From: a virus
Lineage: Duplodnaviria; Caudoviricetes
Strand: one strand, 5' to 3'
Virus record (IMG/VR): IMGVR_UViG_3300027906_000068
Location: 1-33,807 of that record
Length of the DNA stretch: 33,807 nt
A model generated the notes under the pieces. It ran no database searches and was not told where the DNA came from. It saw nothing but the letters and a program-made list of their open reading frames with translations. The translations under genes were made by a program, and so were the position numbers. Each line of letters opens with the position of its first letter. The first letter of the stretch is position 1. Of the stretch, positions 26,801-33,807 are shown one piece after another.

Positions 26801-29800
26801 GATCACTAAACTCATTAATCATCCGTTCATCTGTACGTTCTTTTATAACTTCTTTTATTGGGTCTAAAGCTATTAATCCATTAATCATATCTTCTGCTGT
26901 TTCAAAGCCAAACAATTCTGCAACCATTTCTACAGGTAAACCGTTTTTACCAACCATGCCCCATTGACCTGTACCTAACGCTTTTATTTCTGACTTCATG
27001 TCATTAGATGGTACAAGATTGCGAATGCTCTCTATATCTAATTTATGTGTCCCTGCTGATTTAAACGGATTATCATCTTTATCATTCCATTCCCCTTTCT
27101 TCAAAAATCTTGCCAACTTATATAAAGTCTCATTCTCAGCTTTAACAGTTTCTTCTTCCTTTATTCTCTTACGAGTTGCTCTAATCTCTTTGTCTTGTAA
27201 TTTCTGTAAGGACTTACTTTTAGTATCTAACAATAATACCTCTTTTAAACTAGCTTTATTCAAAGTATCTATAGCTTCATCTTTAGCTTTTTCTATCGCA
27301 TCTCTATATTCTTGCCACGTTGCATCATCCATATTACTTTGTTCTTGTGTCTCAAACATAGGACGCATTTCATATACTCTTTGTGAATATGTTATTTGGT
27401 CTTCACTAGCAACCATACGATCCATTACAGCCCTAACGTCATCAGTTAAGACAGGAAGATCAGTACCATTTTCATCTCTATATAATTTATTTAACTCAGT
27501 AATTGACTTATATACGTTTCGTACAAAATCACCAAATCTAGTAAACACATCTTGCAACTCAACACTAGGTGCAGCCTTTTCTTCCATTAAATAGGCTTCG
27601 TAGTTATATGCAAATGCTTCGTGGTATTTTCTTTTTTCATCAAATGAAAGGTTGCGCCATGCATCTACACCTTCAACTCCCCAGAAATCTAATAACACAT
27701 CAAAATCTTTTTGAATATCTGGTGTCGCCTGCCCTGAGAGTACTAAGTCTTCAGTGACAGTTAGCATGAAATGTGCTGTCTCATGGAAGAACGTAGAGAT
27801 ATCAGCTTCCTTATGTAGAAAAGTAGTTAATGTTTTTGGATCGAACCCTCCTCTTGCATCATCTTGCTGAAAGTATTCTTGTTGTTTCTTGACTATTTGA
27901 TTTGCAAGGTCTTTATTAAATAAAACAATCTCAGGGATTAATGATTCATCTGCTGTTCTTTCTACACCCATAACTAGTGGGTTCGGATCAAATTTTATTC
28001 CGTCATAGTTATTATCTTTAGCCCATTGTACGATTTGATCTTTTTGTTCATCAGAGAAAATTTCCTGTATATGACTATCCATATCTATAGATTCAGTAGG
28101 CTCACCGATCCCTACTTCTTCTGCCCACTTGAAGGCATTTTGACCTGTAATATCTAATATTTTTGCTGAGTCAGGTAATAAACCTTCTACTACTTCTGGC
28201 CCATAAACTGTGGCATAGTCTCTATCAGTAGCGACATAGAAACCTTCGCCCATTATTCCATAAGCTTTACTACTAAACTCAACGCCAGTACTTACAATTA
28301 GTGCAGCAGCTTCAGGAGAAGTACCGTGGAATACTTGTTGCTTGTAGGTTTCCGTCCAATCTGTAATTAATAAATGCGGTGTAACCAAATCTAGATCTTT
28401 TACTGCCTTACTTGACGTTACCCTTTCCCCTGTATAGTCATTTACCCAAACGACATCAGGATCATTTTTAAACCATCTATGATATAACTTACGTCTTGAT
28501 GCTGTGCTGCCCCACATCCTGTACAGACCAACAGGCAACTCTCCACGAACCCTGTCAAAATTTTTCTTTAAAATATTAAGTTGTTCCTTCTTAGTTAGTT
28601 TTTTAAGCATTCCAGCTTCATGAAGAAGGCCTAATTCTTTTAGCTCTGCCGTTTCCATTGAGTTAACGCCACCAACTGATATCTCATAGTTATGAGGCAA
28701 GCTCCCCGTTGCTAGAACAAATCCAGCCATTATTTTGTTTAATACTCCTTTTTGATTTCCTATATGTTGTAAAGCACTGAGATCTGTTCTTTCGACTCTG
28801 ACTGCACCATCTGATTCCCAATGACCTACTGGAATTGTTGCCCTTCTCTTTTGACCCTTTGGTATATTTTTCCAACCACTATCTCCGAAGAGTGCTTTAA
28901 ATTCTGCTAGTTCTCCCTCTAATCTCTCTTGGCTTTTCTCCACTTGTCTGTTATCTATCTTGTTTGATAAGCCGCCTATGCCTAGATCCCACAACACACC
29001 ATCCATTCGCTCACGCAAAGCAAAGTATTTCTCGCCTACGTCCTCTTCTAACTTATACAAGCCATCACCAATAAAATTCGCTGCATCAAGCACCCTACGT
29101 TTCCACCACTTATCACCATGTGGGCCGTATTTCTCCCAATAAGTATCAATATCTTCTTCTGACTGCTCCCTCCTCTGCCTAAATACTTCTGGTTGCTGTG
29201 AATATTCTCCTATCTTTACTCGAATAGACCCTCCAGGTTCTCCAACACTGAGTCTGAAATCTCTCCGTCCGTTAGGGAATTCATCATCGAGACTAAGTCG
29301 AGAAGGTTCGACCCTGATGGCAACTGCTGTATCACCATAGCCAGTATCGGCGATAGCTCTGGTGGTAACGTAGACATCAGGTTCTCCAGCACTTCTGAGT
29401 TCACCTGTAGATTCGATTCGACTGGCTGACTTTCTGTCGGTGTGGTGATAGACGGTGACGGTTCCATCTGGGTTGAGAGGGAGGCCTGTGGCTTCGTCAA
29501 TTCTTCCTTGAGTATCAGTTCCTTGTACAATTCCTCCTGTTCCTTCTCCAAGTTCACCTCCTCTTGTGCGCTCAACGGCCTGACGTTCGAGTTCATTGTC
29601 TACCTCCTGTAATGTGGTTTGGATGTCGGCATCTGACACACCAAATTGCTGGGCCAGATTAATAGCGGCATTTGAATAGTCAGGTGCTTCGTTATCCTGA
29701 TAGCCTGTGTTCTGCTCTGATGAATCTAACTTCGCAGAATCATAAAGACGTTTTTCTGGATACCAAATCAATGCCTGTAGATCTGCCATCGTAAGCGATT

Positions 29801-32800
29801 TTTCGCTTTGTTGCAATATGCTCAACGTTTGATTGAATACTTTCCTTATTCGCCTTCTTTCTACGGGTCCACTAGGTGACTCTTTTTGACCGTCAATAAA
29901 TTTCGCTAGAGCATTCCCACCTTTACGCAGCTCATCGCCTATACCGATCCTTACAATATTTTTCTTGGGTTCGCCTAGTACTTGTGTAATTAATTCTGCA
30001 TTAGTCTCGTATTCTATTGTCGCTATCTGTGCCATCGCCTTTCTGTTCGCAGGCTTCTGACTTGCTTTTTGTATGGCTATAGCTGCTTCATCTAAATTTG
30101 ATAATTTTATTTTCAGACCAATAATCGCCTCAAAAGCTTTTTTGTCTTCTAGAGATAATGCTTTTATTAATGGCTTTAATTGTTCACGTTTTGTCTTCGC
30201 TTGTTTCTTATAATCTGTTATTAATGTTCCTGTCATGCGACCCCAAGTACGCATTAACCATCTATCCATAGTCAACTGTTCAAAGTTGCCATATAAATTT
30301 GCGAAGAATCCATTACCAATCTTTGGCCCCATTACTGCTGCGCCATAAACCATTTCTGTTTTATTTTCACCAGATACATTGCTGCCCGTATATGCTTCGA
30401 CATCCTTGACCGTATGCATAGTCTTCATGAATTGCTCAAAGTCTTCAAAACCTTTTTCCTCTAATAACTTGTTAAACAATTTCATGTTGTTATTGATTGC
30501 TGCACTTGCATCACCTATGCCTATATCCGTTGGCATAACACCAAACCTTGAATAATATGCATATGCTTTTTCCGCTAACTCGAAGTTCTTATCAACCTTT
30601 AATCCATTCGATGTGTTGGCTAATGCCCAAGTAAATGCAAATTTAGATTGCGGATCAGTTGCAATCTCTGGATGTATTGAAGATAAAATGCTTAGTGCTT
30701 TAGTTACTTTTTCGTTATACCAACCAACTGCATTTGGATTAGTTTCTAAGGCAAACTTCGCATCTGCTAATAATGTTTGTACAAGATATTTTTCTACTTC
30801 TGTTGTATCTTCAGAAAGATCTACGCCTGCCTTCTTTGCCTCGGCTTTTATTCTTTCTTGTATCGCAACTTTAAAATCACGATTCGTGGCATATTGTTTC
30901 TGACCAGCAAAATCAAAAGTTTCGACTAAATTTGCTATTTGATGTACAGCCTCTGGTACTGGCTTGCCTCGCTTTTGTCGGCCTCGTTGTTCAAGTAATT
31001 CCTGTTCTTGTTGTTTATATATGCTTGCTATCTCTCTAGACCATGTACCATCATTAGATGGTGACTTAATTGCCGCAGGATCAAACACTGCTACTTCATC
31101 AGCAAAACCAGGTCGCTCATCTTTTAAAATAACTCCGTCATAACCTTCAGCAATTAACCTGTCTTGAAAACCTTTAGCTGCGTTTTCACCACCGAGTCTA
31201 TTAGCATTTTTTTCTTCGGCCTTTGCATAATATGGATTTTCTAAACGTACATATAACGGCATTACTTGGAGGCTGTCCTTGCCTCCTTTTTTATTCAAGG
31301 CATTAGCCTTTGCCCAATCAGCGGCTTTATCACCATCATTCAGATATACAGCCCTTCCTAGCCAGCCATAATCTTTTCTATGTGGGTGATCTAAATCAAA
31401 TTCACTAAAGCTATCTTTTGTCCCATGATATAAAACCCTAGGATTACCTTTCTCATCTTTAAATATTGACTTTCCAAACCAATTCTTGAAGGCAGCACTA
31501 TCAGTTTTAACAGTCCCATCTTGACTAAATAGTTGTTGCTCTGGTGATATTTGTACTTGATCTGTACCGACAACTCGATAAGGAAATCTCTTTGCAAATT
31601 CTGTAGGTAATATCCCTAATTTATTTGCTTGAGTAACTACATAAGCCTGATAAAAACTAGAAATGTATCGAATATCTTTCTTGGTATATGGTTTTGCAAG
31701 ATGACTCATGCTTCCTCTCACCATATCTCCAAAATCTTTTTTTACTTTTGCAGCACTATCTTTAAATTCCTTATTCTTACTTTGAGTCTTTGTAAGTATT
31801 TCATTTGCTTCTTTTTCTAACTTCTCCTTATTCGCCTCATAGTATGTATTCTCTTCTCTACTGAAAGAATCTTCTTTATCTAGTCTTCTATGTTGTTTTA
31901 AAATATTATCAAAATCTGTCCCTACAAGTTTTGAGCTATATTCCCCAATTGGTATTACAACATCTCCTCCTGATATAGTTCCTGAATTCTCTAGTTCTAA
32001 TAATTGCTCCGCTACCATTGGCGAGACTTCTTGTACATCTTCTATCGTTATTCCTGCTTGTCGCATTGAATTAACAAAGGCATTGGAGTCTACATATATT
32101 TCACTAACTCCTTTTTCATCTCCTATTGTTTGCGTCAAGTTCTGGAACTCTTCTTGGTTCCTTTCTTTTAATTTACTTGTATTAACTTTGTTCTCTAATT
32201 CATTAAAGAAAGCCTCATCTTTTTTAGCGTTCTGTGATTTCTTAACGTCTGATATAAATGTAGGAGCACCAGTTACACCACCTACTAAAACCATCCCTTG
32301 CAACGTCCTCCAAAAGGTCATTGCTAATTCATCCCCAACACCTCTTATTCCTTCCCAAGTTGTAAGTCGGGAATTGACATCTTCTCGATCATCGTATAAG
32401 ACTGCTATTTCACGGCCTAGAATCTGAGAAAGCTGTTGTGCTACTTCTGTTCCTCCTTCACCAGCACTACGACCAGCCCAGCTTTTAAGGAAATGTCCTA
32501 ACGCAGCTTTTCCACTTGGCTTTGCTAACTGTTTAATAACTTGCTTTGTTGTGTATTGTGCTAAATATTTCCTCAGAGGTGCAGAAACAATACTTGCACC
32601 CCAGAGTTCTAGTCCCATACTGACCAGACCTGTACCCAAAGCTATATTCCTACTGAGACTCGGATCAAAGTTTTCATCTCTCAAGTCAAGGTACATATTG
32701 CCGCCTTCAATAGCGAAGGAGTCATATGCCAATGACCCCATGAAGCCAACAAGGAAACCACCTTTAGCTGTGATGATGGAGCCTGGCCCTGTCCACGAAC

Positions 32801-33512
32801 CTACTGCTGCACCAGTAACCCAACCTGCGCCACCTTTTGCGAATGCGTGTGGTAACGACTTGGAGTATTGCCCAAAGATCGCAAAGCCCTCTTCAAAGAT
32901 CCCAGTTCCATCTGCCTCGAAAGCTTCTAACCTTTCATTTATTTCTGCTAATTCGTAATCTAATTCTTCGCTAGTATTTCCCCACAACATTTTCTGTGTA
33001 CCAATATGACCTCTTCTTGTTTGCAATCTACCTTTAGCCCAGCCTTGTGAAATATTTTCTGGAACACTTTTAAAGTCATCAAATAGTTTTTCTAGCCCCT
33101 GTAAATTATCAATATTGTCATAGGCTAAAGCAGCAAATGTAGGATCAGTTAATTGCCTATGAAGGATAGGGCTATCTTTTGCTAAGTCTAAACTTTCAAG
33201 TCTTCTTCTAGCATTTCTCTCCCTCATTAATTTTATTGATTCTTCGCTATCTAATGCAACGTTTCTGTCTATACCTAATTCATTTGCTAAGTGCAATCCT
33301 TCCCCAACCATGTCAGGGTCTTTTTCCATTACTAGTTGTAATGATCTTTTGACCTGATTATTTACGCTTGTTTCTTGTTCTGTAAAAAACTCATCGTATA
33401 CATTGAACCCAGGCTCTTCCTTATTTGAAGTAAAAACATCTTCCCCAAGGTTTTGACTAGGAGCCTTCTCAATAAGATCTTCTTGGAGATACTGGTCGTA
33501 AATGTCAGTCAT
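23853..33512 (-). CDS. Giant internal virion (ejected) polyvalent protein with ART-like, HhH-glycosylase-like and zincin domains
   Basis: 3219 aa, largely helical; position matches the T7 gp16/Bbp10 analogue. Motifs YHGT, YHHT, FHGT, GPKIG..TMDRW and TFFHETAH. Confidence 0.85.
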   Translation of the reverse strand: MTDIYDQYLQEDLIEKAPSQNLGEDVFTSNKEEPGFNVYDEFFTEQETSVNNQVKRSLQLVMEKDPDMVGEGLHLANELGIDRNVALDSEESIKLMRERNARRRLESLDLAKDSPILHRQLTDPTFAALAYDNIDNLQGLEKLFDDFKSVPENISQGWAKGRLQTRRGHIGTQKMLWGNTSEELDYELAEINERLEAFEADGTGIFEEGFAIFGQYSKSLPHAFAKGGAGWVTGAAVGSWTGPGSIITAKGGFLVGFMGSLAYDSFAIEGGNMYLDLRDENFDPSLSRNIALGTGLVSMGLELWGASIVSAPLRKYLAQYTTKQVIKQLAKPSGKAALGHFLKSWAGRSAGEGGTEVAQQLSQILGREIAVLYDDREDVNSRLTTWEGIRGVGDELAMTFWRTLQGMVLVGGVTGAPTFISDVKKSQNAKKDEAFFNELENKVNTSKLKERNQEEFQNLTQTIGDEKGVSEIYVDSNAFVNSMRQAGITIEDVQEVSPMVAEQLLELENSGTISGGDVVIPIGEYSSKLVGTDFDNILKQHRRLDKEDSFSREENTYYEANKEKLEKEANEILTKTQSKNKEFKDSAAKVKKDFGDMVRGSMSHLAKPYTKKDIRYISSFYQAYVVTQANKLGILPTEFAKRFPYRVVGTDQVQISPEQQLFSQDGTVKTDSAAFKNWFGKSIFKDEKGNPRVLYHGTKDSFSEFDLDHPHRKDYGWLGRAVYLNDGDKAADWAKANALNKKGGKDSLQVMPLYVRLENPYYAKAEEKNANRLGGENAAKGFQDRLIAEGYDGVILKDERPGFADEVAVFDPAAIKSPSNDGTWSREIASIYKQQEQELLEQRGRQKRGKPVPEAVHQIANLVETFDFAGQKQYATNRDFKVAIQERIKAEAKKAGVDLSEDTTEVEKYLVQTLLADAKFALETNPNAVGWYNEKVTKALSILSSIHPEIATDPQSKFAFTWALANTSNGLKVDKNFELAEKAYAYYSRFGVMPTDIGIGDASAAINNNMKLFNKLLEEKGFEDFEQFMKTMHTVKDVEAYTGSNVSGENKTEMVYGAAVMGPKIGNGFFANLYGNFEQLTMDRWLMRTWGRMTGTLITDYKKQAKTKREQLKPLIKALSLEDKKAFEAIIGLKIKLSNLDEAAIAIQKASQKPANRKAMAQIATIEYETNAELITQVLGEPKKNIVRIGIGDELRKGGNALAKFIDGQKESPSGPVERRRIRKVFNQTLSILQQSEKSLTMADLQALIWYPEKRLYDSAKLDSSEQNTGYQDNEAPDYSNAAINLAQQFGVSDADIQTTLQEVDNELERQAVERTRGGELGEGTGGIVQGTDTQGRIDEATGLPLNPDGTVTVYHHTDRKSASRIESTGELRSAGEPDVYVTTRAIADTGYGDTAVAIRVEPSRLSLDDEFPNGRRDFRLSVGEPGGSIRVKIGEYSQQPEVFRQRREQSEEDIDTYWEKYGPHGDKWWKRRVLDAANFIGDGLYKLEEDVGEKYFALRERMDGVLWDLGIGGLSNKIDNRQVEKSQERLEGELAEFKALFGDSGWKNIPKGQKRRATIPVGHWESDGAVRVERTDLSALQHIGNQKGVLNKIMAGFVLATGSLPHNYEISVGGVNSMETAELKELGLLHEAGMLKKLTKKEQLNILKKNFDRVRGELPVGLYRMWGSTASRRKLYHRWFKNDPDVVWVNDYTGERVTSSKAVKDLDLVTPHLLITDWTETYKQQVFHGTSPEAAALIVSTGVEFSSKAYGIMGEGFYVATDRDYATVYGPEVVEGLLPDSAKILDITGQNAFKWAEEVGIGEPTESIDMDSHIQEIFSDEQKDQIVQWAKDNNYDGIKFDPNPLVMGVERTADESLIPEIVLFNKDLANQIVKKQQEYFQQDDARGGFDPKTLTTFLHKEADISTFFHETAHFMLTVTEDLVLSGQATPDIQKDFDVLLDFWGVEGVDAWRNLSFDEKRKYHEAFAYNYEAYLMEEKAAPSVELQDVFTRFGDFVRNVYKSITELNKLYRDENGTDLPVLTDDVRAVMDRMVASEDQITYSQRVYEMRPMFETQEQSNMDDATWQEYRDAIEKAKDEAIDTLNKASLKEVLLLDTKSKSLQKLQDKEIRATRKRIKEEETVKAENETLYKLARFLKKGEWNDKDDNPFKSAGTHKLDIESIRNLVPSNDMKSEIKALGTGQWGMVGKNGLPVEMVAELFGFETAEDMINGLIALDPIKEVIKERTDERMINEFSDLTDPQERELKVQQALNNKARAKFLAIELKFLTKSTQPVRMQVAAARQVAKSILRKTRIKDIRPVKYAQNQKRAVKDLEKAMRTGDDRGAIEAKRSELINSQLNREATNILEEYNKAVKRYKKIFRKDEDIAKYRTVDYVNAAQEILSHYGLGPQLEEGTSFVDNLKKYDEHIWEEVQDIILDTQRLPGRELKDLTLQDFETLDEVIESLLYQARRDKQFKVEGELREREEVSGELSAALDNMDARASIAFGEGGQTKWWERMISGLESMKAMLRRVEHWCDSKDGEGSPRVLRGGGVLGGGVLVPEGGEAAGPFTRYIWRTLKDPINEWRTERPKWTGRYVDLLQQVDWSQVKINAPELVSPSGQAYVFGRERGMGKAELLGAMLHTGNTGNLTKLLVGRGWGEIREDGTLDSSNWKRFVDRMIEEGHLTEKDFKFLQDVWDLNEELLPLTQRAHKEVFGYYFKTIEVTPLVTKFGTFRGGYVPAVADPEMSKRELSLDQTIKAIKDEMKYAAPAVERGFTKPRTKAMRPLSLNLGLQAAHLDNALRFAYIQPAVTDLLRLFRDRPFSKALNRVDDKAMKDMFMPWLRNAASQKTTLGNNTLLDKGITRITRSTSLNYMFLSLKNGMQQVTGKLPARLKIEHKYLNDAFRRYTREPHKVAKEVAEMSPFMRDRQINQMFDVQDIMNDLIINPKKYEKFQKWVEKNSYFVQQAFQNYVDSVVWIAKYNQVLTNAPKTMTEAQIHAEAIQQADGAVRMTQDSLLPEDVAAYQINHPFYKAVFQFTSYFNAQANLNATQYKALIKELGWNSKQFSGQILFAFLFGFALPALVSEGIQELASGGLADEDEDGHIDEFFEFGYMSLLRYGTAFIPTGSSFLMVPLNMLDDKPYNDRITISPSISLINSTMQGTTRMLINLASGKEVKGNEVRSVLTLMGLISRLPLYPFAKPIGLLHDLKDGRWVPRGPLDLVRGLVTGQAGEGRRK

Positions 33513-33807
33513 TTCAAAGAAGAAGTTGAGGTGTTTCCTTTTTCTAAATTATATTTATCCCAATCGTACTGATTATTTATCTTCGACTTCCCTCCAAATA
33601 CCCACATGTCAGCAATAAGTTGTTCAGTTACTTGTAACCCTTTAGCTCTAATTTTTTTAATTATTTTTTCTCTTTGGAAGGGAGGAATAGTTTTTAGCCA
33701 AATAGTGTCGCCACCTACTTTTACATAGGTATTCTCCATTTGATCCTTATTTATTATGGCAGAAGGCCACCTATGATCTCCCTTGAGAACTCCGTAGTCA
33801 TAGATTA
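33509..33807 (-). CDS. C-terminus of an upstream internal virion protein (5' part outside the window)
   Basis: The frame of track ORF 33509-33739 stays open to the window edge (IYDYGVLKGDHRWPSAIINKDQMENT...); ATGA overlap with the giant gene. Confidence 0.7.
   Translation of the reverse strand, partial: IYDYGVLKGDHRWPSAIINKDQMENTYVKVGGDTIWLKTIPPFQREKIIKKIRAKGLQVTEQLIADMWVFGGKSKINNQYDWDKYNLEKGNTSTSSLK

Noticed and set aside
16665-32958. Many 60-200 aa plus-strand and alternative-frame ORFs within the tail and giant genes
   Set aside because: They are antisense or off-frame shadows of long genes and have no recognisable motifs.
1-33807. Diversity-generating retroelement, suggested by the BPP-1-like virion genes
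   Set aside because: No reverse transcriptase motif, and no template/variable repeat pair differing at adenines was noticed.
1-33807. tRNA, rRNA, integrase or att site, IS element
   Set aside because: No cloverleaf, recombinase or transposase motif was seen, and intergenic gaps are short. The IstB-like ATPase sits beside a replication initiator, not IstA.

Overview
A dense, AT-rich fragment of a marine podovirus-type phage with a Bordetella BPP-1-like virion gene set. The host is probably a picocyanobacterium; this is inferred from small ORFs that resemble cyanophage proteins and is unverified. Left arm (minus strand): scaffold (partial), Bbp19-like protein, portal, a small virion protein, a GNAT acetyltransferase, an Asp/Asn beta-hydroxylase-like oxygenase, TerL, TerS and two HTH genes. 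A divergent control region with three 19-bp operator palindromes precedes a plus-strand early operon (YqaJ exonuclease, RecT, DUF1376 initiator with an internal origin-like repeat, DnaC-like loader, RusA, SSB-like). No integrase, CI, DNA polymerase, RNA polymerase or endolysin is recognisable in the window. At 11.8-15.6 kb is a mixed-strand cluster of membrane and secreted proteins of unknown function. The right arm (minus strand) has tail spike and fibre genes and a 3219-aa internal virion polyvalent protein with three ADP-ribosyltransferase-like domains, an HhH-glycosylase-like domain and a zincin motif. A conserved GTGTGACCGTAA-N16-TAnnnT element occurs three times in the late genes. All family assignments come from motif recognition, not database searches.
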